Origin: an uncultured Treponemataceae bacterium
GTDB lineage: Bacteria > Spirochaetota > Spirochaetia > Treponematales > Rectinemataceae
Direction of reading: 5' to 3'
Length of the DNA stretch: 39,862 nucleotides
NCBI GenBank assembly: GCA_964654405.1
Contig: CAZZJJ010000001.1
Coordinates: forward strand, 1 to 39,862
Every line of letters starts with the position of its first letter. Positions within the stretch are counted from its first letter, which is position 1. This document shows positions 16,536 through 25,265 of this stretch, in pieces. Position numbers and translations under genes: made by a program. The notes beneath the pieces were generated by a model. It saw only the letters and a list, made by a program, of their open reading frames with translations, was not told the origin of the DNA and ran no database searches.

Positions 16536-17689
16536 AAGAGACAACTATCGGAATAATCATGAATGGCGTCACAGGCAGAATGGGCACCAATCAGCATCTG
16601 GAACGTTCAATCATGGCGATACGAAAACAAGGCGGTATCCGTCTCGCAGACGGGAATTATCTTGTCCCTGAGCCAATATTGTGTGGCAGGGATGAAGGCA
16701 AACTTAAAAAACTCGCTGACACGTACGGAATTTCGAAGTATTCAACCCAGCTTGATACCGCGCTTTCTGATCCCTATTATAAAGTCTATTTTGATGCCCA
16801 GGTGACCAACCTTCGCCCTGAAGCATTGCAAAAAGCCATGAAAGCCGGCAAAGCGGTTTATTGCGAAAAACCTACTGCCGGGAGTACCAGGGAAGCTCTG
16901 CAGCTTGCGTCAATGGCTGAAAAGCTGGGGCTGAAGAATGGGGTGGTTCAGGACAAGCTTTGGCTTCCAGGCTTGCGAAAACTCAAATACCTTGCAGACA
17001 CAGGCTTTTTCGGCAGAATTCTTTCGGTGCGCGGGGAGTTCGGCTATTGGGTTTTTGATGGATTTTCGCAACCTGCCCAGCGTCCGTCATGGAATTACAG
17101 GAAGGAAGATGGCGGCGGTATTATCATGGACATGTTCTGCCATTGGCAGTATGTCATTGAGAATCTCTTTGGAAAGATTGACGCTCTTTCCGCGATTGGA
17201 GCTATCCATATTGACAAGCGTGTCGATGAAAACGGCCGGCAATATGCAGCAACAGCGGAAGATGCGGCATATGGTACATTTATGCTGGATAATGGAATAG
17301 TATGCCAATTCAATAGCTCGTGGGATGTCCGTGTCAGGCGTGATGATTTGCTTGTGATCCAGTTGGACGGAACCAGGGGGTCAGCTGTGGCTGGTCTACG
17401 AGAATGTTTTATTCAGGATGAAGCCATGACACCCAAGCCAGTATGGAATCCTGATATTCCCAGCAGTATTGATTATTTTGAAAACTGGGCACGAATGCCG
17501 GATCGACAGCACTACGATAACGCGTTTAAAGTTCAATGGGAAAAATTCCTGCTGCATGTCGCTCAGGATGAGCCGTTTCCCTGGACACTGCGGGAAGGAG
17601 CAAAAGGCGTGCAGCTTGCGGAACTCGGCATGCAGAGCTGGAAAGAAAAAAGGTGGCTATCAGTGCCATCTCTTGCAAGCGAGGAATGA
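16532..17689 (+). CDS. Gfo/Idh/MocA family oxidoreductase (long, about 385-aa subtype)
   Basis: IGIIMNGVTGRMGTNQH Rossmann start, VYCEKP motif. ATGA overlap with the upstream TIM-barrel gene. Confidence 0.85.
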   Translation: MKETTIGIIMNGVTGRMGTNQHLERSIMAIRKQGGIRLADGNYLVPEPILCGRDEGKLKKLADTYGISKYSTQLDTALSDPYYKVYFDAQVTNLRPEALQKAMKAGKAVYCEKPTAGSTREALQLASMAEKLGLKNGVVQDKLWLPGLRKLKYLADTGFFGRILSVRGEFGYWVFDGFSQPAQRPSWNYRKEDGGGIIMDMFCHWQYVIENLFGKIDALSAIGAIHIDKRVDENGRQYAATAEDAAYGTFMLDNGIVCQFNSSWDVRVRRDDLLVIQLDGTRGSAVAGLRECFIQDEAMTPKPVWNPDIPSSIDYFENWARMPDRQHYDNAFKVQWEKFLLHVAQDEPFPWTLREGAKGVQLAELGMQSWKEKRWLSVPSLASEE

Positions 17690-17728
17690 TTCGTTCCTAA
17701 TAATATGCAGCGGTATTGAGAAAAGTAA

Positions 17729-17800
17729 AGCGACCGATGGGAGTCGAACCCACGTCTCCAGCTTGGAAGGCTGGGGTAATAGCCGTTATACGACGGTCGC
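17729..17800 (-). tRNA. tRNA-Gly (anticodon UCC), CCA not encoded
   Basis: Folded by hand. Acceptor GCGACCG/CGGTCGC. Anticodon stem CCAGC/GCTGG with loop CTTCCAA (anticodon TCC). T arm GTGGG-TTCGACT-CCCAT. 72 nt. Confidence 0.9.
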
Positions 17801-17811
17801 GAACAGGCATA

Positions 17812-17841
17812 TTATTAACGTCCAACAGGCTTGAGTGTCAA
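17812..17841 (-). promoter_or_regulatory. Candidate sigma70-type promoter of tRNA-Gly
   Basis: Minus strand TTGACA (17841-17836), 17-18 nt spacer, TTAATA/TAATAA (17818-17812). This puts a start site a few nt upstream of the tRNA 5' end. Confidence 0.4.
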
Positions 17842-17883
17842 TACCATGATTGCATTTTAGATACTCGGCTAGATGGGTAGTGA

Positions 17884-17912
17884 TTGACCTTAGCCTGAAT
17901 CGATACTATAAA
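17884..17912 (+). promoter_or_regulatory. Candidate sigma70-type promoter of the V-ATPase operon
   Basis: TTGACC (17884-17889), 17-nt spacer, TATAAA (17907-17912), about 70 nt upstream of the ntpE ATG. Confidence 0.45.
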
Positions 17913-17982
17913 TATCGAAGATTGGACGCTCTGAGTTTCGCCAAGGCGCGCCGTCAGTATGAATTGAAACAAGGATACTATC

Positions 17983-18606
17983 ATGGAACTACAGGTTCAG
18001 GAACTTCTGGAACGGATTAAATCCGAAGGAATTGATTCTGCAAAGGCTGAAGCTGGCAGAATCATCGCTGAAGCTGAAGCAAAGGCAGCAGCCCTTTTGG
18101 AAGATGCTGAAAAAGCGGCTTCGGGAAGCGAAGAAGCTGCCCGGCTGCGTATCCAGAACATGGAAAATGCCTCACGCGTCGCGCTGGCGCAAGCTTCCAG
18201 GGACACGCTCCTGGCTCTCAAAGAGAGTGTTCAGACCTTCTTCGATAATTTGATTGTCGCTTCAACCGGTGAAGCCTTTGATGCCAATTTTGTTCAGAAA
18301 ATTCTTCCTGAAATTCTTAAAGAAATGGCGAAGAATTTGAATGGTGATTTTATTGTTTCGGTTCCTGAAAAAGTGCAGGCAAGCCTTGATCAGGCCCTCT
18401 CAGTCCGAATGAGCAAAGAGCTGTCACGGGGAGTTGAATTCAAGGTGTTCCCAGGCATAGACGCCGGTTTCCGTGTTTCAGGTAAGGATAGCACTATACA
18501 GTACGATTTTTCTGCTGAAGCTGTCGCTGCGATTATCTCAGCGCGTCTGAACGCCCGCCTTTCCGAGATTGTCAATGAGTCAGTCAAAGGGAGCCGGAAT
18601 CTGTGA
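17983..18606 (+). CDS. ntpE: V-type ATPase subunit E (peripheral stalk)
   Basis: Ala/Glu-rich coiled-coil N-terminus (AEAEAKAAALLEDAEKAA) and globular C-terminus. First gene of the V-ATPase operon. Confidence 0.8.
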   Translation: MELQVQELLERIKSEGIDSAKAEAGRIIAEAEAKAAALLEDAEKAASGSEEAARLRIQNMENASRVALAQASRDTLLALKESVQTFFDNLIVASTGEAFDANFVQKILPEILKEMAKNLNGDFIVSVPEKVQASLDQALSVRMSKELSRGVEFKVFPGIDAGFRVSGKDSTIQYDFSAEAVAAIISARLNARLSEIVNESVKGSRNL

Positions 18607-19142
18607 GCCGATACTGGTATTTCCCCGCTACACTCCCTGGTTTGATGTTCGGTTCTGCCTCGCCCATGACCGATGAGCAATTCATGGAGATGGCAAGACA
18701 GGCGCTTTCTCCTTCAGACTTTGCCGAACTTGAAACATGCTTGGATATATCCGACATAGGCGCGAAAGAAAAAACATACAACTCACGGCTTCTTGCTGAC
18801 TATCGCGCTTGGGAGCGGGCTTTCAGAAACGAGCTCGCGCGCCTTCGATCCAGAAAAGCCGGCATCGATGAAGAACAATATCTTCGGCAAGGGCCTTGCA
18901 AAGACGAGGCAGCCGCTGCTGCTCAGTCCTGCTTCACGTGCCAGGATCCGCTTGAAGCGGAACTTGCAGCCGAGCATGAACGCTGGCTCGCTGTTGAGCG
19001 ATATTCTGCGCTTTCTTCCTTCGATTTGGATTCAATAATTGCCTACAGAATCAAGCTCGGTATCGTCAACCGATTGAAAAACCTGGAAAAAGAAAGAGGA
19101 ATACTCGAGTATTCCAGATTGTATAAAGAAATAATGGAATAG
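18603..19142 (+). CDS. V-ATPase-operon protein, DUF2764-like (occupies the slot where subunit C/F genes would be)
   Basis: GTG start in a GTGA overlap with the ntpE stop. N-terminal YWYFPATLPGL resembles the YYYL..SLP motif I recall for DUF2764 proteins encoded between the E and A genes. Recollection, not searched. Confidence 0.55.
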   Translation: MSRYWYFPATLPGLMFGSASPMTDEQFMEMARQALSPSDFAELETCLDISDIGAKEKTYNSRLLADYRAWERAFRNELARLRSRKAGIDEEQYLRQGPCKDEAAAAAQSCFTCQDPLEAELAAEHERWLAVERYSALSSFDLDSIIAYRIKLGIVNRLKNLEKERGILEYSRLYKEIME

Positions 19143-19180
19143 GCAGCCTCGAGGGACGCCTATTCCCCGGGAGATGAAGA

Positions 19181-20950
19181 ATGATCCAGACGAACGGTCA
19201 TGTCATAGCAGTCAACGGCAACATGGTTTCCGTCCATGTCGAAGGCGTGGTTTCAATGAATGAAGTCGCCTACATACTATCAGGCGGCCGCCAACTGAAA
19301 AGCGAAGTGATCAGGATCCGAGGATCGGAAGTCCAGGTCCAGGTTTTTGAAATTACAAAAGGAATCCGGATAGGGGATTCAGTAAGTTTTTCCGGAGAAA
19401 TGCTCTCCGTTGAACTGGGTCCTGGCTTGCTCGGGCAGATTTATGACGGACTTCAGAACCCGCTCCCCGAAATTGCTGAGAAAACCGGCTATTTCCTGGA
19501 GCCGGGCATATATCTGAAAGCGCTGAACCGCAGCATCAAGTGGAGATTCACACCTGCGGCAAAACCAGGCGATGTGGTGAGACGCGGATATACCCTGGGG
19601 ACTGTTCCGGAACGGAATTTTATCCATTCCATCATGGTTCCTTTCAACATGTTTGGCGATTATACGGTTGCCAGCATTGCTCCCGAAGGGGACTACACGA
19701 TCGACGAGGAAATAGCGGTAGTAGAAGACAGCCGCGGGAATCGCAAAAGCCTCACGATGACATTCTTCTGGCCGGTCAAACGAGCGGTCGACTGCTATGC
19801 CGAACGGCTGAAACCTACGCAGCCGATGGTCACTAAAACCCGCATCATCGACACATTCTTCCCTGTCGCGAAAGGCGGCACCTATTGTATTCCTGGCCCA
19901 TTCGGCGCTGGTAAAACAGTACTTCAGCAGGTTACGAGCCGCAATGCCGATGTTGATATTGTCATAATCGCTGCTTGCGGCGAACGCGCCGGCGAAGTTG
20001 TGGAAACCCTGCAGGAATTCCCGGAAATCATTGACCCAAGAACTGGCCGCTCTCTAATGGAGAGAACAATAATAATCTGCAACACCTCAAGTATGCCGGT
20101 CGCAGCCCGTGAGGCTTCAGTGTATACCGCGGTAACCCTCGCCGAATATTACCGGCAGATGGGCCTGGATGTTCTCCTGCTGGCTGATTCGACCTCGCGG
20201 TGGGCACAGGCAATGCGGGAAATGTCAGGTCGCCTTGAAGAAATTCCCGGTGAAGAAGCTTTTCCAGCCTATCTTGAATCAGTTATTGCCGCGTTCTATG
20301 AACGCGCGGGTATTGTCAAGCTTTACAATGGAAAGAAAGGCTCGGTTACCATCGGCGGAACCGTTTCTCCAGCAGGCGGGAACTTTGAAGAGCCTGTAAC
20401 CCAGGCTACACTGAAAGTTGTCGGCGCCTTCCACGGGCTTTCCCGCGAGCGGTCCGACGCGCGAAAATACCCCGCGATCCATCCTTTGGACTCCTGGTCG
20501 AAATACCCTGGAATTCTGCCTGAAAAAGCTGTCTCATATGCCCATCATTACCTGGAGCGGAGTTCGGAAGTCGGCGCGATGATGAAAGTAGTCGGAGAAG
20601 AAGGAACCAGCCTTGATGATTATGTCATCTATCTCAAAGGCGAATTTCTCGATGCTGTCTATCTCCAGCAGAACTCTTTCGATCCAGTTGACGCAGCTGT
20701 CAGCCCTGAACGCCAGAAAACAATGTTTACGCTCATCATCCGCATTCTCGGTTCCAGGCTCGAGTTCAGCAATAAAGAAGAAGCCCGTTCCTGGTTCTAC
20801 GAACTGCGGCAGCTTTTCATCGATCTGAACGGCACAGCCCAAGATTCTGATCTCTATCAGCAATTCCTGGACAAAATCGAAAAAGCCCTCGAATCGAAAA
20901 AGCCGGTGCTGCAGCACGGTGCGAAAGCAGTTCTGTCCCTTCTGGAGTAA
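19181..20950 (+). CDS. ntpA: V-type ATPase catalytic subunit A
   Basis: Walker A GPFGAGKTV, LLADSTSRWAQAMRE, and the non-homologous insert typical of A subunits. 589 aa. Confidence 0.95.
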   Translation: MIQTNGHVIAVNGNMVSVHVEGVVSMNEVAYILSGGRQLKSEVIRIRGSEVQVQVFEITKGIRIGDSVSFSGEMLSVELGPGLLGQIYDGLQNPLPEIAEKTGYFLEPGIYLKALNRSIKWRFTPAAKPGDVVRRGYTLGTVPERNFIHSIMVPFNMFGDYTVASIAPEGDYTIDEEIAVVEDSRGNRKSLTMTFFWPVKRAVDCYAERLKPTQPMVTKTRIIDTFFPVAKGGTYCIPGPFGAGKTVLQQVTSRNADVDIVIIAACGERAGEVVETLQEFPEIIDPRTGRSLMERTIIICNTSSMPVAAREASVYTAVTLAEYYRQMGLDVLLLADSTSRWAQAMREMSGRLEEIPGEEAFPAYLESVIAAFYERAGIVKLYNGKKGSVTIGGTVSPAGGNFEEPVTQATLKVVGAFHGLSRERSDARKYPAIHPLDSWSKYPGILPEKAVSYAHHYLERSSEVGAMMKVVGEEGTSLDDYVIYLKGEFLDAVYLQQNSFDPVDAAVSPERQKTMFTLIIRILGSRLEFSNKEEARSWFYELRQLFIDLNGTAQDSDLYQQFLDKIEKALESKKPVLQHGAKAVLSLLE

Positions 20951-20953
20951 GTC

Positions 20954-22276
20954 ATGAACAAGATATATTCACGAATAGAATCCATCACCGGGAACGTTAT
21001 TTCAGTCAGAGCTGAAAACATTGCCTATGGCGAGCTTGCCGAAGTATCGACGCGATATGGGACATCGCTCGCTGAGACAATCCGATTGGATAAAGACCTC
21101 GTGTTTCTGCAGGTTTTCGCCGGCGGACGAGGCGTTTCAACCGGTGACGAGGTGCGGTTCCTCGGTCATCCCATGCAGGTCAGTTTTTCCGATAATCTCC
21201 TGGGGCGAATTTTTGACGGCGCCGGTGAGCCTCGAGACTCAGGCCCCGCACTGAAAGATCATCTGATTACCATTGCAGGCCCCTCGGTCAACCCCTATAA
21301 GCGAATCATTCCCCGCGAAATGATCCGCACCGGCATTCCTATGATCGACCTCTTCAATACCTTGGTCAAAAGCCAGAAACTGCCGATTTTTTCGGTTTCC
21401 GGCGAACCCTATAACCAGCTGCTCGCCCGCATCGCCATGCAGGCGGAAGTTGACCTCATCATCCTTGGCGGCATGGGCCTGAAATTTGATGACTATCTCT
21501 TCTTCAGGGACACGCTCGAAGAGGGCGGAGCGCTTTCCAAAACCATTATGTTTGTCCATACCGCAGCCGATCCGACAGTCGAATGTCTGATGGTTCCCGA
21601 TATAAGCCTCGCTGTCGCTGAACGCTTTGCGCTTAAAGGTAAGAATGTGCTTGTTCTGCTCACCGACATGACCAACTTTGCTGATTCTATGAAGGAAATC
21701 GCCATTACGCAGGAGCAGGTGCCTTCAAACCGCGGCTATCCCGGCGACCTGTACTCACAGCTGGCTTCCCGCTATGAAAAAGCGGTTGACTTCTCTGACG
21801 CGGGCTCTATAACCATTCTTGCAGTTACAACTATGCCGGGTGATGATGTTACCCATCCCATCCCAGACAACACAGGCTATATCACTGAAGGACAATTCTA
21901 CCTCCGAGGCGGCCATATCGAACCTTTCGGCTCCCTTTCACGACTGAAACAGATGGTTAACGGGAAAACTCGTGAAGATCACCGCGCCATCATGGATGGC
22001 ATGATCAAGCTGTTCGCCTCCTATCGTGATACGCTGGAAAAGAAGTCCATGGGCTTCCAGATGACCAGTTGGGACAAAAAACTGCTGAAATACGGCGAGC
22101 TTTTTGAATCGCGAATGATGGATCTTTCGGTCAATGTCCCCCTGGAGAAGGCGCTGGATGAAGGATGGGAGATTCTTGCAGCATGCTTTGAACCCCGTGA
22201 AACGGGTCTGCGTTCCGAGCTCATTCAGAAATTCTGGCCGGCTAGGGAAGGTGCTCTGAAATCCCAGGCTCAATAA
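20954..22276 (+). CDS. ntpB: V-type ATPase subunit B
   Basis: [51 protein letters not shown]. No P-loop, as expected for B. Confidence 0.95.
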   Translation: MNKIYSRIESITGNVISVRAENIAYGELAEVSTRYGTSLAETIRLDKDLVFLQVFAGGRGVSTGDEVRFLGHPMQVSFSDNLLGRIFDGAGEPRDSGPALKDHLITIAGPSVNPYKRIIPREMIRTGIPMIDLFNTLVKSQKLPIFSVSGEPYNQLLARIAMQAEVDLIILGGMGLKFDDYLFFRDTLEEGGALSKTIMFVHTAADPTVECLMVPDISLAVAERFALKGKNVLVLLTDMTNFADSMKEIAITQEQVPSNRGYPGDLYSQLASRYEKAVDFSDAGSITILAVTTMPGDDVTHPIPDNTGYITEGQFYLRGGHIEPFGSLSRLKQMVNGKTREDHRAIMDGMIKLFASYRDTLEKKSMGFQMTSWDKKLLKYGELFESRMMDLSVNVPLEKALDEGWEILAACFEPRETGLRSELIQKFWPAREGALKSQAQ

Positions 22277-22294
22277 AGCCCTGGAGCAAATACA

Positions 22295-22906
22295 ATGGCA
22301 AAGATCAAGCTGACAAAAAACGAGCTGAAGAAGAAAAAAGACGCGCTGAAAATGTATCGGCGCTATCTTCCGACACTTCAGCTTAAAAAACAGCAGTTAC
22401 AGATGGAAATTCGCGGGGTGGAAGCGCGGCTTGAACAGCTGCTCGCTCAAAAAGCTGCTTTTGAGAAAGCCTTTGAAGCCTGGATCGCTGTTTTTTCCGA
22501 GCCGCAATACACGCATGACCAGAACGGAATGCCGCTATTAAATATAAAGAAGACTATAGTCTCTGAAGGCAACATAGCCGGTGTTACTATCCCTGTCTTT
22601 GAGAGTGTTGAATTTGATCTTTCTGAATATGATTTGTTCCTGACACCGCTTTGGGTTGACAAGGCGCTTGAACTGATGAAAAACGTTCTGTCCGTCGATG
22701 TGGAATACTCGGTTGTGGAGAAGCAGAAGGATTTGCTCATGTCCGAACTGAGAACGACGACACAACGGGTTAACCTCTTTGAAAAGGTTAAAATTCCTGA
22801 AACGCTTGCAGACATCAAACGAATCAGTATCTATCTCGGTGATCAGCAGACAGCTCAGGTTGTGCGCGGCAAGATTGCGAAGAACAAAGTGGGAGGCCGT
22901 GAATGA
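22295..22906 (+). CDS. ntpD: V-type ATPase subunit D (central stalk)
   Basis: KLTKNELKKKKDALKMYRRYLPTLQLKKQQL coiled-coil start and RRVNLFEKVKIP-like C-terminal helix. Operon position. Confidence 0.9.
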   Translation: MAKIKLTKNELKKKKDALKMYRRYLPTLQLKKQQLQMEIRGVEARLEQLLAQKAAFEKAFEAWIAVFSEPQYTHDQNGMPLLNIKKTIVSEGNIAGVTIPVFESVEFDLSEYDLFLTPLWVDKALELMKNVLSVDVEYSVVEKQKDLLMSELRTTTQRVNLFEKVKIPETLADIKRISIYLGDQQTAQVVRGKIAKNKVGGRE

Positions 22907-24759
22907 TTGCTCCAATGAAACGGTTTACCATCGTTGTCACCAGCCATGATATAGATTCTGCTCCGCACTATCTGAGAAAACTCGGTATCGCCCACATTGA
23001 GCCGCTCGCTGGAGCAGGACAGCACTTCCAGAATCTTGAGCAGCGTAAAAAAGATGCGGAGCTGGCGAAAATCATTCTCGCTTCATATCGAAATAAAAAA
23101 CAAAAAACTGAAGCAGTGTCGCAGCTTTCAACCAAAGAGCTGATCTCCCGTGCTATCGAAGCCAATGCCTTGATTAATTCTTCGCGGGACACGATTGCCG
23201 ATGCTGAAAAAGAGCTTGAGAGAATCCGAAGCTGGGGCGAATTTTCACCTGATCTGTTTCAGCGTTTAAAAACAGATCGAATTCATATCAGACTCTTTGA
23301 AGGGCTTGAAAAAAACCTTTCCGAATTATCTTCTTCCGTTGAATACCTGAGACTTGCTGCCCCAAAGGGTAAAGTTCGAATTGCGGTTTTTAGCAATGAA
23401 GACGTGCCAGCAAGCTTCATGGAGTTCCACGTTCCTGAGGAGAACGCAGCAACGCTTCAGAATCGGATCGCTCAGGAAAAAGAAAAAAGCGCAAAAGCCG
23501 AAGCAGACCTGAGAGAGCTATCAAAAAGCATTGCGAGGGTTGAGCAGGAAATCCGCATAATCGACGCTGAAATAAAAATCGAGTCACTTCGTTCGGGCAT
23601 GCCGCGTGAGGAGCAGCTTGCCTATTTTTCCGGCTATGTGCCAGCCAGGGAATCAGAAAAGCTTAAAAAAGAAGCGAAAAAGCGAAAATGGGCGCTTCTT
23701 GTTGATGATCCGTCGGATGAAGAAACACCGCCGACAAAAATTGAAAACCCGCCGGCTGTCAAAATCATTCAGCCAGTTTTTGATTTTCTCGGAACTGTCC
23801 CCAATTATCGCGAATATGATATCAGCGCGTATTTCCTCGTCTTCTTCTCTCTCTTTTTCGCAATGATCTTCGGCGACGGCGGTTATGGCATGCTTCTTTT
23901 AGGCCTGGCGCTGTTCATGCTCCTAAGAACACGGGCTCAAAAAGCTCCGGTTGGAGATTCACTGAAACTGCTCTTTGTCCTGTCTGCGGTAACAATTGCC
24001 TGGGGTTTCGCAACCGCTTCATGGTTTGCCATTCCCTATGAAACCCTGCCTTCGCTGCTTCAAAAACTTTCTATCCCTGCAATTAGCAGCAACAATCCCA
24101 ATGCAGGCACAAACGTCAAGATTTTTTGTTTTATCCTCGGAACACTTCAGCTTTCCATCGCGCATATCAAGAATATCAAGCGGGATTTTCCAAACCCAAA
24201 GTTTCTCGCCCAGCTGGGATCTCTGTTGATGGTTGTAGGAATGTTCAATGCAGTTTTGAATCTTGTAATCGACTCCCGGCGTTTTCCCCTGCAGGACTGG
24301 GCGCTTGTCTTGATCGGCGGCGGATTCTTCTTGGTTTTTCTCTTTGGGAACTGGAACGGATCACTTGTGGGAAGCTTGATTGAAGGGCTTAAAGGCATTA
24401 TACCTACCTTTTTGGGGACGGTCAGTGTTTTTGCCGATATCACATCGTACATCCGTCTCTGGGCTGTCGGTCTTGCTGGTTTGGCGATTTCCCAGACAGT
24501 CAATGGAATGGTTGTGGGAATGTTCGGCCCATCAGGCCGGATCATATCCTTCATTATTGGAGCAGTGATGGGGCTTGTCCTTCTTTTCGTAGGACATGCC
24601 CTCAATATTGTAATGACGGTGTTGAGTGTGGTTGTCCACGGAATCCGTCTGAATGTACTCGAGTTTTCCAGCCATCTCGGTATGGAATGGTCAGGATATA
24701 AATACGAACCTCTCGGTGAGATCGCCGAGAATATAAATGAACAGGAGAAAGAATTATGA
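22903..24759 (+). CDS. ntpI: V-type ATPase subunit I (a-subunit, stator/ion channel)
   Basis: 618 aa. Cytoplasmic coiled-coil N-half and polytopic C-half with the conserved SYIRLWAVGLA arginine helix. ATGA overlap with ntpD. Confidence 0.85.
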   Translation: MIAPMKRFTIVVTSHDIDSAPHYLRKLGIAHIEPLAGAGQHFQNLEQRKKDAELAKIILASYRNKKQKTEAVSQLSTKELISRAIEANALINSSRDTIADAEKELERIRSWGEFSPDLFQRLKTDRIHIRLFEGLEKNLSELSSSVEYLRLAAPKGKVRIAVFSNEDVPASFMEFHVPEENAATLQNRIAQEKEKSAKAEADLRELSKSIARVEQEIRIIDAEIKIESLRSGMPREEQLAYFSGYVPARESEKLKKEAKKRKWALLVDDPSDEETPPTKIENPPAVKIIQPVFDFLGTVPNYREYDISAYFLVFFSLFFAMIFGDGGYGMLLLGLALFMLLRTRAQKAPVGDSLKLLFVLSAVTIAWGFATASWFAIPYETLPSLLQKLSIPAISSNNPNAGTNVKIFCFILGTLQLSIAHIKNIKRDFPNPKFLAQLGSLLMVVGMFNAVLNLVIDSRRFPLQDWALVLIGGGFFLVFLFGNWNGSLVGSLIEGLKGIIPTFLGTVSVFADITSYIRLWAVGLAGLAISQTVNGMVVGMFGPSGRIISFIIGAVMGLVLLFVGHALNIVMTVLSVVVHGIRLNVLEFSSHLGMEWSGYKYEPLGEIAENINEQEKEL

Positions 24760-25178
24760 ACATCGCAATGATTGGCGCCGCATGTGTTCTCGGTTTTTCC
24801 GCAGTTGGATCGGCGATTGGAGCTGGCCTGGCAGGTCAGGCAGCGATCGGGTCCTGGAAACGTTCCTATATGTCGAATAAGCAGGCATCATTCCTTCTGG
24901 TCGCTTTTGCAGGAGCTCCCTTAACCCAGACGATTTACGGCTTTATCCTCATGTCACGCATGATTGCTTCAACCAAGGACCCGCTACTTGTTCTTGCCGC
25001 AGGCATGGCCGGAGGTCTTGCCATCGGCATGTCAGCAGTCGCTCAGGGACAAGCTGCTGCAGCAAGCTGTGACGCATTCGGCGAGACTAAAAAAGGCTTC
25101 TCCAACTACATGATTGTCATAGGATTGTGTGAAACTGTCGCATTGTTCGTCATGGCGTTTACGTTCGGCGCAATCTGA
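24756..25178 (+). CDS. ntpK: V-type ATPase proteolipid subunit K (duplicated, four TM helices)
   Basis: 140 aa, Gly/Ala-rich helices, PLTQTIYGF, AVAQGQAAAA, LCETVALF. ATGA overlap with ntpI. Confidence 0.9.
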   Translation: MNIAMIGAACVLGFSAVGSAIGAGLAGQAAIGSWKRSYMSNKQASFLLVAFAGAPLTQTIYGFILMSRMIASTKDPLLVLAAGMAGGLAIGMSAVAQGQAAAASCDAFGETKKGFSNYMIVIGLCETVALFVMAFTFGAI

Positions 25179-25213
25179 TACAATCATTTTTAGGATTATT
25201 ACTGACATCTTGG

Positions 25214-25245
25214 CGGCGCAGGCGGTACTGTCTTGCGCCGTTTGC
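25214..25245 (+). terminator. Weak candidate terminator after ntpK
   Basis: CGGCGCA (25214-25220) pairs with TGCGCCG (25234-25240) across a 13-nt loop, followed by TTTGCATTT. The large loop lowers confidence. Confidence 0.3.
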
Positions 25246-25265
25246 ATTTGAAAAAGGGAAAGACA

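Noticed and set aside
17469-17834. 121-aa plus-strand ORF running out of the last Gfo/Idh/MocA gene and across the tRNA-Gly gene
   Set aside because: It is out of frame with a supported CDS and overlaps a well-folding tRNA on the opposite strand. Not credible as coding.
17690-17982. tRNA-Gly as a possible genomic-island integration site marking the end of the sugar locus
   Set aside because: There is no integrase, recombinase or mobility gene anywhere in the window. I could not find a direct repeat of the tRNA 3' half at the other end of the locus (around 1270-1875). Base composition and RBS style look uniform.
25233-25265. TTG-initiated 11-codon extension of ispG
   Set aside because: It overlaps the putative ntpK terminator. 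ATG 25266 gives an N-terminus typical of IspG.
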